A stretch of 64,000 bases of DNA, taken from NCBI GenBank assembly GCA_963675785.1, contig OY776562.1, positions 448,001-512,000 of the forward strand, read 5' to 3'. Positions 38,524 to 49,460 of this stretch are shown here, piece after piece. The position numbers and the translations under genes were made by a program. Source of the DNA: Anaerolineae bacterium. GTDB lineage: Bacteria; Chloroflexota; Anaerolineae; UBA1429. The notes under the pieces are model-generated. The model saw only the letters and a program-made list of their open reading frames with translations, was not told the origin of the DNA and did no database searches. Positions within the stretch are counted from its first letter, which is position 1. Every line of letters starts with the position of its first letter.

Positions 38524-39625
38524 ATGGATGAATTAACGCCCCGCGTTGAAGACATGCTTCTCGAAATTCGCTCGCTTATGGAGCGTCTTTGACCTTGCCA
38601 GCAAACAGCAGGAAGTAGAAGAATTACATGCTGCAAGCGTGCAGCCGGGCTTTTGGGATAATGCCGAGTCTGCTCAGGGGGTCATGCAAAAGCTCGCCCG
38701 CCTCGAAGCGAATGTCAAAGAGTGGGTTGATTTAGAAGCTCGCGCTGCCGATCTTGCCGAGATGCAGGCTTTGGTGGATGAGAACCCCGACCCCGAGATG
38801 CTGACCGAGCTCGACAGCGAAGTTCGAGATTTGGCCCGGGTTCTGGAGCGTATGCGTCTGAATGTGATGATGTCTGGGCCTCATGATGACGCTGACGCCA
38901 TTCTCGCAATTCATGCGGGGGCGGGCGGCACCGAATCGCAGGATTGGGCTCAGATGCTGTTGCGTATGTATTTGCGCTGGGCAGAGCGGCACGGGTTTCA
39001 GACCGATGTCATCGAGGAGACCGAGGGCGATGAGGCTGGCCTCAAGGGCGCGACAATAGAGATCAAAGGCACCAATGTCTATGGCCTGCTAAAGTCGGAG
39101 AGGGGCGTGCACCGTTTGGTGCGCATCTCTCCTTTTGATAACGCTCACCGTCGGCACACTTCTTTTGTGCTGGTAGAGGTTGTCCCGGATGTGGCCGATG
39201 AGATCGATATTCAAATCGGTCCAGACGACGTGCGTATGGATGTCTTTCATGCTTCGGGACACGGCGGGCAGAATGTGCAAAAGAACTCGACGGCCGTGCG
39301 CCTGACACATATTCCTACGGGTACAGTGGTGTCTTGTCAGAACGAGCGCTCACAATTGCAGAACCGCGAGCGCGCTATGGAAGTGCTCAAATCGCGACTT
39401 TACAGTCTCGAAGTGGAAAAGCAAGAAGAAGAACATGCCAAGCTGCGCGGTGAGCATGTGACAGCCGGTTGGGGGAATCAGATTCGTTCGTATGTACTGC
39501 ATCCCTACCGCATGGTCAAAGACTTGCGTACTGACTGGGAGACTGGTAACACCACGGCCGTGCTGGATGGCGATCTGGATGGGATGATCGAGGCTTATTT
39601 GACGCACAGTGTGGGCCGGAACTGA
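38524..39625 (+). CDS. prfB: Peptide chain release factor 2, expressed via programmed +1 frameshift
   Basis: ATG 38524 reads MDELTP...MERL to CTT TGA C (38587-38593); the +1 frame carries SPF and GGQ motifs. Confidence 0.96.
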
Positions 39626-39671
39626 TTCAAATGAAACGAGGGCACCCGATTGGGTGCCCTCGTTCTGTTTA

Positions 39672-41501
39672 TCAAAAAGTTCCAGGAGATGTTGTCGGTT
39701 CTACTGTTGCTTCAGCGGTTGCTCCCACAGTGGCTTCTATGGTGGCTTCTTCTGTCATCCCTGTCAATGTTGGTGTTGCTGTCGCAGCGGGCACCAGTAC
39801 TGTAGCGGCATTGCCCATCCATCCACTCGTATCAAAAATCGAAGTGAGCAGGCTGATGCGCTCTTCATCCGTGGTTGGGCGCGGCTGGCAATAATCTTCT
39901 AGCGTATAGGTGAGCAATTCGGTAGAGATGTGTTTACCGTCGTAGATGGTGTGCCGGTCAACCATGATCTGCCGGGTTTCGGTGGACCACATTTGGTCAA
40001 AGAACAGGTTGCCCAGGCCATAATGGATGAAACTGCCGTTGTAGAACTCGATGGCCTGCGGATGGTGAGCCTGACTCCCGCTGACGATTTCGGCACCTGC
40101 ATCGACCATGGCGCGAAAATCAGATTGCTGCTCTGCCGTGGGTTCGTAATGATAAAACTCCCAGTATTGGAAGGTTACAATGGGCACATCCACTGTTTCA
40201 GCCAGGATGTTGATCTCTTGCTCCATGTAATCCCAATCGCAACCCAAGCAGCCGGGCTGATCTTCGGTGGCAAAAGCATAGTAGGGGCCTACCGGGTTGC
40301 AGCCCAGGAAGGATAGGGTGTTGCCATGGTTCTCCATGATGGCCGGTTCCTGAGCGTCTTCCAGGTTTTTACCGCCGCCGTAATAGGCCCAACCTTCTTC
40401 ATCGTACATCGCTATGGTCAGAAGCGTAGCTTCGTCACCGTAATCCTGAAAATGGTTGCCTGTCAGCTCGATGATGTCAACGCCGACAGCACGTAATAGT
40501 TCGATGTAATCAGGGTCGCTGCAAAAGACTACGTCATCCTGGTTGGGATCGGGCACTGGACAGTTTTCAGCAAAAGGGATCTCGTTGCTGATATGGGTAA
40601 TATCGGCGCTGGCCAGAGTATCTGAGATGTAGAGTGCTGGGTAGAGGATGCCCTTTGCTTCCATAGCGTTCGCGGTAGCGCGAACCAGCGCCGTAACGCC
40701 GGTCATCACCAGGGTGGTCATCTTTTCCAGGTCGCGGTTGGTGACTTGGGTATTGCCCCAGACGGCCAAATCGTCTTCACTGCCGCTGGCATAAAGGTTG
40801 AGCACCAGCGGATAGGCATCCAGGTCGAGTTCGCGGTCCAGCGGGTTTTGCTCATCCAGATAAAGTACCTTGAGCTGTGAATCCAGCTCGTCAAAGCCAA
40901 CGATGCCCAGGGCTGTCGGGCGCTCATCCCACAATGTATCGATGAGGGCATCGGCTCCTACTATCTCGATATCTGTGCTCTCGGCGGGTTCGCCCAGAAT
41001 GAGGATTAAGGCATCGAGTGTATCTTGTGTAAGGTAAAGTGTGACGGTCTGGCCCTCGCCAAGATCGTTCAGTGCGGCAGCATCGCCGGCCCAAAAGGCC
41101 AACAAACTCTCGGCTGTAATGCTGTCGGTAAGAGTGGGGAAGGCGGCAACGGGCACATACACGTATTGCCCAATCAACATGTCGCCAGTGAGGTTGATAG
41201 CTATGCTGGCGGTATCTTGCTCTGGCGCAAGGGCAGCTGATACGCTATCGGAGATTGCCTCAACAATATTGGCGGGCAGGCCGCCAACTAGGCTGTAAGC
41301 TGGCGTGGGCACTAGAGTAGGTTCGGGCTGATCGATGACCAGAGGCACGTTGGCGCTCGATGTTGGTTGTGTCGTTGCCGTTGCGGGTATGACTGTGCTC
41401 GTCGCAGATTCTTCCACGGGCGTTGCTGTGGCAGTTTCGCCGCAGCCCATGGGGACGAGCATGGCCATAATCAATAGAACTATCAAGATCTTTCGTTGCA
41501 T
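39672..41501 (-). CDS. CapA-family metallophosphoesterase-fold lipoprotein
   Basis: Lipobox-like PMGC, TGNHFQDYG, GSQAH, HYGLGNLFFDQ; Thr/Pro-rich termini. Confidence 0.85.
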   Translation of the reverse strand: MQRKILIVLLIMAMLVPMGCGETATATPVEESATSTVIPATATTQPTSSANVPLVIDQPEPTLVPTPAYSLVGGLPANIVEAISDSVSAALAPEQDTASIAINLTGDMLIGQYVYVPVAAFPTLTDSITAESLLAFWAGDAAALNDLGEGQTVTLYLTQDTLDALILILGEPAESTDIEIVGADALIDTLWDERPTALGIVGFDELDSQLKVLYLDEQNPLDRELDLDAYPLVLNLYASGSEDDLAVWGNTQVTNRDLEKMTTLVMTGVTALVRATANAMEAKGILYPALYISDTLASADITHISNEIPFAENCPVPDPNQDDVVFCSDPDYIELLRAVGVDIIELTGNHFQDYGDEATLLTIAMYDEEGWAYYGGGKNLEDAQEPAIMENHGNTLSFLGCNPVGPYYAFATEDQPGCLGCDWDYMEQEINILAETVDVPIVTFQYWEFYHYEPTAEQQSDFRAMVDAGAEIVSGSQAHHPQAIEFYNGSFIHYGLGNLFFDQMWSTETRQIMVDRHTIYDGKHISTELLTYTLEDYCQPRPTTDEERISLLTSIFDTSGWMGNAATVLVPAATATPTLTGMTEEATIEATVGATAEATVEPTTSPGTF

Positions 41502-41651
41502 ATTTCCTCCCAGGTACGGCCAGTTCTTTCGCGTACTGGTACTAGTTGATGACTACTGGCGTCTATTATACCACCAACGAGTGGCAAAATGCCCATTACG
41601 ACCTCGGCGCGGCCTGCGTTATACTCAGGTTCGCTGTGATTGGAGGCTAAG

Positions 41652-43805
41652 ATGACCATCGTAGAACAGATCGCTCAAGAACTCGGCATCAAGTCTGGGC
41701 AAGTTTCGCGAACCGTTGAACTTTTTGATGCAGGCAACACCCTTCCCTTTGTGGCGCGTTACCGCAAAGAGATGACCGGGGGGCTTGACGAGGAGCAACT
41801 TCGCTCGGTGCAGAGTCGGCTCGAGTATCTGCGGAACTTGGAGCAACGCAAAACAGCTATTCTCTCTTCTATCGAGGAACAGGGTCAATTAACCGATGAG
41901 TTGAAAGAGCGCATTCTTTCGGCTGGTGTGCTGCAAGAGGTTGAAGACCTCTATCTCCCTTATAAACCCAAGCGACGTACACGGGCAACCCAGGCGCGGG
42001 AGCGGGGCTTGGAACCTTTGGCCCAGCACATCCTTGACGGCGATATCACGCAGGGGGTTCCCTTGGAATTGGCCGCCGCGTTCATAGGCGATGAAGTACC
42101 GGATGCCGAAACCGCTCTGGCTGGCGCCCGTGACATTGTAGCCGAGGTGATGAGCGAAAACGCCGACACGCGCGGCTTGGTGCGGCGTGCTCTACGCGTT
42201 ACGGGCAAATTGATCTCCACCCGGATTAAAGATGCTGACGCCGAGGCCAAGTATGCCATGTACTATGACTATGCCGAGGATGTGCAGCACATCCCGCCGC
42301 ACCGGCTTTTGGCTCTTACTCGCGGTGAACACGAGGGCGCTCTGAATGTGTCTCTTGCTGCGGATGACGAGGGGATTCTGGAGGACGTGACTCGTAAGCA
42401 TTCCTCCGGCTCTCGCTCCATCTTTGCCGGGGCATTGCGTGAAGCGGTGGTTGATGGCTATGCCCGACTACTGCGCCCGGCGATGGAGCGTGAAATTCGC
42501 GCCGAGATGCTCGAAGTTGCTGAGCGCCATGCCATTCAGGTGTTCGGGGCCAATTTGCGCGGCCTGCTGTTGCAGGCGCCCATCGCTAATAGCAATGTAC
42601 TGGCTCTCGACCCCGGATTTCGCACGGGCTGCAAGGTGGCCGTGGTGGATTCTACAGGCAAGTATTTGGAGCACACGACCATCTACCCTCATCCGCCGCA
42701 AAATAAGCGTGATGAGGCCATGCACATACTGACCCGGTTGGCGAGACAACATGGCGTGAGCATCATCGCCATTGGTAATGGCACGGCTTCCCGCGAGACC
42801 GAGGCTATGGTGGCCGACATGATTGCTGGTGGCCTCGATGTATCGTATGTGATGGTCAGCGAGGCCGGTGCTTCGGTCTATTCGGCCTCCAAGCTGGCTC
42901 GTGAAGAGATGCCTGATCTGGATGTCTCTATACGAGGCGCTGTCTCTATTGGGCGGCGCCTGCTCGATCCTTTGAGCGAGTTGGTCAAGATCGAGCCGCG
43001 CAGCATTGGCGTGGGCCTCTATCAGCATGATGTCAACCAAAAGGCCCTGGCGGAGGCTCTGGATGACGTGGTGGAGAGCGCCGTGAACTATGTGGGTGTG
43101 GATGTGAACACGGCTTCGTCCGCTTTGCTCCAGTACGTAGCGGGTATTAACAGCCGCGTGGCTGGGGCTATTGTAGCCCACCGTGAAGCCAACGAGCCCT
43201 TTCAGCGGCGGCGTGATCTGCTCAAGGTTAAGGGACTGGGCGCCAAGTCATACGAACAGGCAGTCGGCTTTTGTCGCGTTCGTGAGGGCAGCGAGCCGCT
43301 GGATAACACCTCCATCCATCCCGAATCCTATGAGGCTTGTTATGCGCTGCTGGCTCGGTTAGGTTTGAAAAAGGGCGAAACTATTCGCTCGGAGAGTATT
43401 TCTGCCAGTTGGAGGGCGCTGTTGGATAGTGGTGTCAAACCGGCTGCACTAGTCAAAGAGTTGGGAATCGGTCTGCCTACTCTAGAGGACATGATCAAAG
43501 ATCTGCTCAAACCGGGGCGCGATCCTCGCGAAGATATGCCTCGCCCCATTCTGCGCACTGATGTGCTGACCATGCACGATCTGGCCGAGGGCATGATCTT
43601 GATGGGCACAGTGCGCAATGTGGTGGATTTTGGCGCCTTTGTCGATATCGGCGTCAAGCAGGATGGCCTGGTGCACGTCTCTGAGCTGGCTGATCACTTT
43701 GTGCAGGATCCATTGGATGTGGTCAATGTCGGCGATGTCGTCAAGGTGCGGGTCGTTTCGGTGGACGAAAAACGAGGGCGCATCGGCCTTTCGATGAGGC
43801 TATAG
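41652..43805 (+). CDS. tex: Tex-family RNA-binding transcriptional accessory protein
   Basis: PFVARYRKE, DPGFRTGCK, SEAGASVYSAS, C-terminal S1 domain. Confidence 0.96.
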   Translation: MTIVEQIAQELGIKSGQVSRTVELFDAGNTLPFVARYRKEMTGGLDEEQLRSVQSRLEYLRNLEQRKTAILSSIEEQGQLTDELKERILSAGVLQEVEDLYLPYKPKRRTRATQARERGLEPLAQHILDGDITQGVPLELAAAFIGDEVPDAETALAGARDIVAEVMSENADTRGLVRRALRVTGKLISTRIKDADAEAKYAMYYDYAEDVQHIPPHRLLALTRGEHEGALNVSLAADDEGILEDVTRKHSSGSRSIFAGALREAVVDGYARLLRPAMEREIRAEMLEVAERHAIQVFGANLRGLLLQAPIANSNVLALDPGFRTGCKVAVVDSTGKYLEHTTIYPHPPQNKRDEAMHILTRLARQHGVSIIAIGNGTASRETEAMVADMIAGGLDVSYVMVSEAGASVYSASKLAREEMPDLDVSIRGAVSIGRRLLDPLSELVKIEPRSIGVGLYQHDVNQKALAEALDDVVESAVNYVGVDVNTASSALLQYVAGINSRVAGAIVAHREANEPFQRRRDLLKVKGLGAKSYEQAVGFCRVREGSEPLDNTSIHPESYEACYALLARLGLKKGETIRSESISASWRALLDSGVKPAALVKELGIGLPTLEDMIKDLLKPGRDPREDMPRPILRTDVLTMHDLAEGMILMGTVRNVVDFGAFVDIGVKQDGLVHVSELADHFVQDPLDVVNVGDVVKVRVVSVDEKRGRIGLSMRL

Positions 43806-43832
43806 GTTTGCCCGCTGTTGTATAATGCGAAT

Positions 43833-46800
43833 ATGACAAACGATGATCTGAGCGTACTCGATGGCTTTTTGCCTGCCACGCGCAGGTGGTTTGAGGATAC
43901 CTATGGCCAGCCTACGCCACCTCAGGCGATGGGCTGGCCTGCTATTCGGTGCGGCGAAAACACACTGATCCTCTCGCCCACGGGCTCTGGCAAGACCATG
44001 ACGGCCTTTTTATGGGGCATCGATAGCTTGTTTCGAGAGCTGCGTGCTGATCCCACGATGGAGGAGACACACCTTCTCTATATCTCGCCGCTCAAGGCCC
44101 TCAACAATGATATCGAACGCAACCTGCGGGCGCCGTTACGCGGTATTCGCCAGGCCTGGCCGGTCGGCGAGGTGGCCCCCACTGTGCGTACGGCGGTGCG
44201 TACTGGCGATACGCCCCAGTCCGAGCGACGCCAAATGGTCGCCCATCCGCCACACATTCTTATCACCACGCCCGAGTCGCTCTATCTGATCCTTACCAGC
44301 CCTCGTGCTCGCGAAATACTGGGCACGGTGCGCACCGTTATTTTGGATGAGATTCACACGTTGGTGGGTACCAAACGGGGCGCTCATTTATCCCTTTCTC
44401 TAGAGCGCCTGCAGGCGCTTACTGCGAATGAATTCCAGCGCATCGGCCTCTCGGCCACCCAGCGCCCTCTGGAAGAAGTGGCCCGGTTCCTTGGTGGTCA
44501 GCAGTGGGTGGAGCACGATGGCGTACCCGAACTGGTTGAACGCCCTGTGACCATTGTGGATGCCGGCGTGCTCAAGGCTATGGAGTTGCAGGTCGTGACG
44601 GTGCCTCCGGACTTGCGCAAGCTGCCGGGCGGCTCGATATGGCCTAGCCTCATCCCCAGTGTGCTCAATGATATACGTTGCCACGGCACGACGCTGGTGT
44701 TCACCAATTCTCGCCGTGCGGCTGAGCGTGCCGCTGATCGACTCAATGAACAATACGCCCAAGAAGAGGAAGAGGTGATTCCTCCCGGCTCTCCCGAGGG
44801 GCTCATCAAAGATGGCGTAGCCGTGGCCGGCGGCATGTTTGGCACCGGGCGCGTGGGCGGGCCCTTTAGGGCGCACCACGGCTCGGTCTCGCGTGAGATT
44901 CGCCTGGAGCTGGAGCAGAGCCTCAAAGAGGGCAAACTGCCGGCCCTCATCGGCACTAGCTCTCTGGAGCTGGGTATCGATATCGGCTCGGTGGATTTGG
45001 TGGTTCAGCTACAATCGCCCCACAGTGTTGCTCAGGGGCTACAGCGTATTGGCCGTGCGGGCCACCTGGTGGGTCAGACCAGCAAAGGACGCTTTTATGC
45101 CACGTTTCCTGAGGATTTGTTGGATACGGCGGCTGTGGCCCAGGGCATGGTCAGCGGCGACATTGAGCCCACGTATGCACCGCAAAACTGTTTGGATGTG
45201 CTAGCCCAGCAGCTTGTGGCCATGGTCTCCATCCAGGATTACGCTGCCGACGACGCCTACAAGCTGGCCTGCCAGGCCTATGGCTATGCCAACCTGCCCC
45301 GAGCTGCTTTTGATTCCGTACTAGAAATGCTCTCGGGCCGTTTCAAGAGCCAAGTCTATCGGGATCTTGTGCCGCGATTCATGTGGGACGAAACTACTGA
45401 TATGCTTCGGGCTCTGCCTGGCACACGCATGGTGGCCCTCAACAACGCGGGCACCATCACCACGCGAGGCCTCTTCAATGTGTATACAGCGGATGGCCAG
45501 ACTCAGCTAGGCACGCTGGACGAAGAATTTGTTCACGAATCCCACACTGGCGATATTTTCTCGTTGGGCACGGGCATCTGGCGGGTGGTCGATATCAACG
45601 AGAACCGCGTGTTGGTTACCAGTTCGCCCGGCGGTTTGCCGCGTATGCCCTTTTGGCATGGCGAAAGTCCCCGCCGCGAGTATTACGCTGGTTGCCGCTT
45701 TGGGGCCCTGCGCCGCCGCATCGCTGAACGACTGGAGGGACTTTCTCCCGTCCCCGATTCCCCGGCTGAGCCCTGGTCGCCTGCTTTTGCGGGCCTGCTC
45801 AGTTGGTTGCAGAACGAATACCGCATGGATGAGCGTTCGGCCAAGAATGCCGCGGCATATGTGGGGCATCAGATCGAGGCCACCGGCGCCATCTCTTCCG
45901 ATGAAGCCATTCTGGTAGAGCGTTTTGCCGACGCTTTGGGTGAGCAGCGTATGGTCATCCATTCCTGCTTTGGCGCTCGGGTGAACGCTGCCTGGGGCAT
46001 GGCCCTATCTCACGCCATGCGTGAGCGCTATCGCATCGACATTGAAACACAGGTCAATGACGATGGCATCCTCTTCCGGCTGGTGGGCGGAGACCACGAT
46101 TTGCCCCTTGATCTGGTCATGGACATGGGCGCCGACGAAGCCCGTCGCCGCATTTTGCTCGATCTGCCCGATACGGCTCTCTTTGGCAGCCAATTCCGCA
46201 TGAATGCTGAGCGCGCCCTGCTACTTCCCCGCGCCCGTGCCGGCCAGCGCACGCCTTTCTGGTTGCAGCGTCTTCGCGCCCGTGACTTGATGGCTGCCGT
46301 TCGCCAGATGACAGATTTTCCCATCATTGCTGAGACCTATCGCGACTGTCTCACCGATGTGCTCGATCTGACCCATTTGCAAGAGCTACTGGAGCTCGTT
46401 CATTCTGGCGCGGTCAAAGTCAGTCAGATCGAATCGGTGGTGCCTTCGCCGGTGGCTACCAGCTTGCTGTTCGATTTCACCGAGCAGCACATGTACGAGG
46501 GCGATATGCCTCGGCTGGAGCGGCAGATGCAGATGCTGTCGCTCAACCGTGAACTGCTGGCAGAGCTGGTGGATGACGGATCACTGAGCGAGTTACTGCG
46601 TCCCGAGATCATTCGCGCGGTAGAGGCCGAATTGCAGCACACCGCTGAACAGTATCATGCTCGATCTCGTGAAGAGTTGGCCTACATTATTCAGGTGTTG
46701 GGCGATTTAAGCACTGCCGAGGTATTGGCTCGGTCTGGCGAAGAGGGGTTGATCTGGCTGGACGAGCTGGCTGCTGAAGGGCGCATCGTGCCGCTGCCCC

Positions 46801-48464
46801 TTGGTTCTATCACGGCTCGCGAGAACCGCTGGGTGGATGCCAGTGCCCTGCGAACCTACCATGATGTCGTGGACACCGCCTCTCACGACCACGCGTCCGC
46901 TTTGGAGCGCCTATTGCGTAACTATGCCCAGAATCATGGCCCCTTTGAGGCCGAGGATTTGCTGGTTCGCTATCCTCTGGGCCTGAGCGAGGTCGAACAC
47001 GTTGTCGGCGAGTTATTGAACGAAGGCGTGTTGGTCAAGGGGCAGATTCTGCCTGGCGGGGGCACCCAATTGTGTGATCGACGCGTGTTGGAGCGGCTGC
47101 ACCGCCAAACCCTTTCGGCTCTGCGGCGTGAGGCCGAGTCGGTCGATCTCGATCGCTTTGCTGCTTATTTGTTGCATTGGCAGGGTTTGCTGGGCGAAGA
47201 ATTGGAAGATGAGGCCGTCTTAGCCCAGTTGGCCGGGTTGCCCCTGCCGCTGATTGTTTGGCTGCGCGATGTATTGCCGGCCCGCGGCATCAACGAGGGC
47301 TTGGCCTTTATCAATGCGCAACTGGCCAGTGGCGATTACCTGTGGATGGCTCAGGGCAACCCTGCTGGTCGTGTGGATGTTTGCTTCATGCCCCGCCGCG
47401 AGTTTGCGACGCTATCGTTGCAGCAAAAACCGCTGCAATCCCTCACGTCGTCAGCTGCACAGCTTTGGGGGGAACTACAGGGGAAGGGTGCGATCTTTTT
47501 CGATGAATTGGCCAACCTGAGCGGCCTGGGCACGGCGGAATTACGGCAAGCCATGGTCGAGCTGGTCTGTGCCGGGCGGCTCTCCAGCGATCGGCTCGAT
47601 GGCTTGAGTGCTCTCCTTGAAAGTCAGGGAACTCAACTCAAGGAGACTAATCCGTTGGGCAGCTCGTTGGAACGTGATTTGCAGGCCTGGCGTTCGCAGC
47701 GGCAGGCGACACGCCCTGTGGGCGTGCGTCCACCGCGTAGCACCCTTGCTGCGGCACGGCGAGCCGTGAACGAGCGGATGCCCGCGGCTAGCATAACTCT
47801 CCCGGGGCGTTGGTGGGTTCTGCCCGATAGAGGATCCAACTTGAGCGAGGTAAATGAGGCTGTGGCCTGGCAGCTTTTGGAGCGTCATGGTGTGGTTTGT
47901 CGCCCTCTGTTAGCCCATGAAGGCGACGGCTGGCAGCGTAGCGACCTCTATTTGCTGCTCTATCGTTTGGAACTGATGGGCCGGGTGCGGCGCGGCTATT
48001 TGGTTTCGGGCTTGGGCGGGGTGCAGTATGCTCTGCCAGAGGCTATCGAGTTGCTGCGTGAGGCGCAGGATAGCGAGGCGCTGGTTTGCCTGAACGCCTG
48101 TGACCCTGCTAGCCTGGTGGGTTTGTCGTTGGCCGATGGCTCGCGCCCCGAACGAGGCATTGAGAATGAACTTGCTCGCATTCCTGCCAATTATGTGGTT
48201 TATCAAGATGGACGGGCGATCCTCACTTATGAACACGGTAGCAAACGCTGGCGTGCTGCGGAGGGCCTTCCCGACGAAACCCTCGATGAAGCGGTGCTGC
48301 AATTGCGACGCCTGCTGCTCAAGCCGAATGGGCTGGAGAGCGACTCGGGACGGGTGATCATTGGCTATTGGGGTGACGAGCGCCCAGTGGGCTCATTCAG
48401 AGAAGACCATCTGCAGGCCCTTGGTTTTCGTCGTGAGGCTGTGGAAATGATCTGGGAGGCCTGA
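43833..48464 (+). CDS. lhr: Lhr-family DEAD/DEAH helicase, full length
   Basis: PTGSGKT, SPLKAL, DEIH, SAT, HHGS, QRIGRAGH, long C-terminal winged-helix region. Confidence 0.93.
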   Translation: MTNDDLSVLDGFLPATRRWFEDTYGQPTPPQAMGWPAIRCGENTLILSPTGSGKTMTAFLWGIDSLFRELRADPTMEETHLLYISPLKALNNDIERNLRAPLRGIRQAWPVGEVAPTVRTAVRTGDTPQSERRQMVAHPPHILITTPESLYLILTSPRAREILGTVRTVILDEIHTLVGTKRGAHLSLSLERLQALTANEFQRIGLSATQRPLEEVARFLGGQQWVEHDGVPELVERPVTIVDAGVLKAMELQVVTVPPDLRKLPGGSIWPSLIPSVLNDIRCHGTTLVFTNSRRAAERAADRLNEQYAQEEEEVIPPGSPEGLIKDGVAVAGGMFGTGRVGGPFRAHHGSVSREIRLELEQSLKEGKLPALIGTSSLELGIDIGSVDLVVQLQSPHSVAQGLQRIGRAGHLVGQTSKGRFYATFPEDLLDTAAVAQGMVSGDIEPTYAPQNCLDVLAQQLVAMVSIQDYAADDAYKLACQAYGYANLPRAAFDSVLEMLSGRFKSQVYRDLVPRFMWDETTDMLRALPGTRMVALNNAGTITTRGLFNVYTADGQTQLGTLDEEFVHESHTGDIFSLGTGIWRVVDINENRVLVTSSPGGLPRMPFWHGESPRREYYAGCRFGALRRRIAERLEGLSPVPDSPAEPWSPAFAGLLSWLQNEYRMDERSAKNAAAYVGHQIEATGAISSDEAILVERFADALGEQRMVIHSCFGARVNAAWGMALSHAMRERYRIDIETQVNDDGILFRLVGGDHDLPLDLVMDMGADEARRRILLDLPDTALFGSQFRMNAERALLLPRARAGQRTPFWLQRLRARDLMAAVRQMTDFPIIAETYRDCLTDVLDLTHLQELLELVHSGAVKVSQIESVVPSPVATSLLFDFTEQHMYEGDMPRLERQMQMLSLNRELLAELVDDGSLSELLRPEIIRAVEAELQHTAEQYHARSREELAYIIQVLGDLSTAEVLARSGEEGLIWLDELAAEGRIVPLPLGSITARENRWVDASALRTYHDVVDTASHDHASALERLLRNYAQNHGPFEAEDLLVRYPLGLSEVEHVVGELLNEGVLVKGQILPGGGTQLCDRRVLERLHRQTLSALRREAESVDLDRFAAYLLHWQGLLGEELEDEAVLAQLAGLPLPLIVWLRDVLPARGINEGLAFINAQLASGDYLWMAQGNPAGRVDVCFMPRREFATLSLQQKPLQSLTSSAAQLWGELQGKGAIFFDELANLSGLGTAELRQAMVELVCAGRLSSDRLDGLSALLESQGTQLKETNPLGSSLERDLQAWRSQRQATRPVGVRPPRSTLAAARRAVNERMPAASITLPGRWWVLPDRGSNLSEVNEAVAWQLLERHGVVCRPLLAHEGDGWQRSDLYLLLYRLELMGRVRRGYLVSGLGGVQYALPEAIELLREAQDSEALVCLNACDPASLVGLSLADGSRPERGIENELARIPANYVVYQDGRAILTYEHGSKRWRAAEGLPDETLDEAVLQLRRLLLKPNGLESDSGRVIIGYWGDERPVGSFREDHLQALGFRREAVEMIWEA

Positions 48465-48467
48465 TAG

Positions 48468-48505
48468 TGAAAAAGGCCCTGATCGCATGATCAGGGCCTT
48501 TTTCA
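48468..48505. terminator. Bidirectional intrinsic terminator
   Basis: TGAAAAAGGCCCTGATC/GATCAGGGCCTTTTTCA. Confidence 0.85.
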
Positions 48506-48516
48506 ATGTTTGCAGC

Positions 48517-49314
48517 CTAGCGTTCTGTAATGAGATCATCTTCAGTGAACGAGGCATTCATATCGAGGGCCAGATCACCCGGCCTGGCCGCTGCCAGCAC
48601 GAATCGTTCTGAAGCGGTTTGCGGCCCCCGCGAATAAGCATCTATGAGGGTGGGGATATCCTCTTGAACAATCTCATGACGCATCGCAGTATCTGTCAGG
48701 CGGGCGGCCATATTGCGAATCGAGTTCACCGTATCTTCGAGCCAAGCATCGTTGAGCGCATAACCGGGCAAGAAGGAGATATCCAGATCATCAAAACCAA
48801 CGCGCCGCAGGGAGCGGGCGGCTTCGGTTAGGTCGACATCGATGGCCACCGGGCGGTGCAGCGCATCGCCCAGTTTGCGCACAATGCGATTGCGTTCTAT
48901 CCAGGCGGCAGAGCGTTCGGGGTCAATTGGGGCAATGATATCCGATATGCGTACGCGCCCGCCGGGCACAAGAACGCGCCAGACTATTTCAAAAAAGGCA
49001 TCTACATGGTTAATCGGCACTTCGCGCAGCACGCCGTTCACGACGATCAGATCTACTGTTTGGGTGGCAAAGGGTATTTCTCGCGGTCGGCCTTGCATAC
49101 AAACGACGGGCCCCTCGCTTTTGAGGGACTCTAGCTGTTGGAGACGTCGCAAACTATATTCAACTACCACCAGGTTGCCTTGCGAAGCGGCAGCTTGTCT
49201 GTTGAGCACCTCGATCAGACGTCCTGTGCCCACGCCCAGAACTAGAGTTAGCCCCGAAAAGTCGACGCCGCGCCAGGAGCCATTTTGTGTCCCAGTATTC
49301 TCTTCCATATCCAT
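48517..49314 (-). CDS. Class I SAM-dependent methyltransferase-like protein
   Basis: VLGVGTGR motif I, VDLIV, RVLVPGGRVRISD. Confidence 0.75.
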   Translation of the reverse strand: MDMEENTGTQNGSWRGVDFSGLTLVLGVGTGRLIEVLNRQAAASQGNLVVVEYSLRRLQQLESLKSEGPVVCMQGRPREIPFATQTVDLIVVNGVLREVPINHVDAFFEIVWRVLVPGGRVRISDIIAPIDPERSAAWIERNRIVRKLGDALHRPVAIDVDLTEAARSLRRVGFDDLDISFLPGYALNDAWLEDTVNSIRNMAARLTDTAMRHEIVQEDIPTLIDAYSRGPQTASERFVLAAARPGDLALDMNASFTEDDLITER

Positions 49315-49320
49315 GGGGGC

Positions 49321-49349
49321 AGTCTAATAAGACAGGCAAAAAGCGTCAA
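49321..49349 (-). promoter_or_regulatory. Sigma70 promoter, probably leaderless transcript
   Basis: TTGACG-17bp-TAGACT-6bp-ATG on the minus strand. Confidence 0.65.
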
Positions 49350-49460
49350 ATCATAGCTTATCCATCCAGCGGCAGTTGACTTGCGCAGCAAGAGTTTGAC
49401 TTGCTGTAGTATATGCTCTAGCATTGAGCAATTGTTTTGATGGATATAGAGGGGGAAGTG

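Noticed and set aside
38546-38592. prfB as a pseudogene or with a TTG start at 38546
   Set aside because: Explained by the canonical CTT TGA C frameshift
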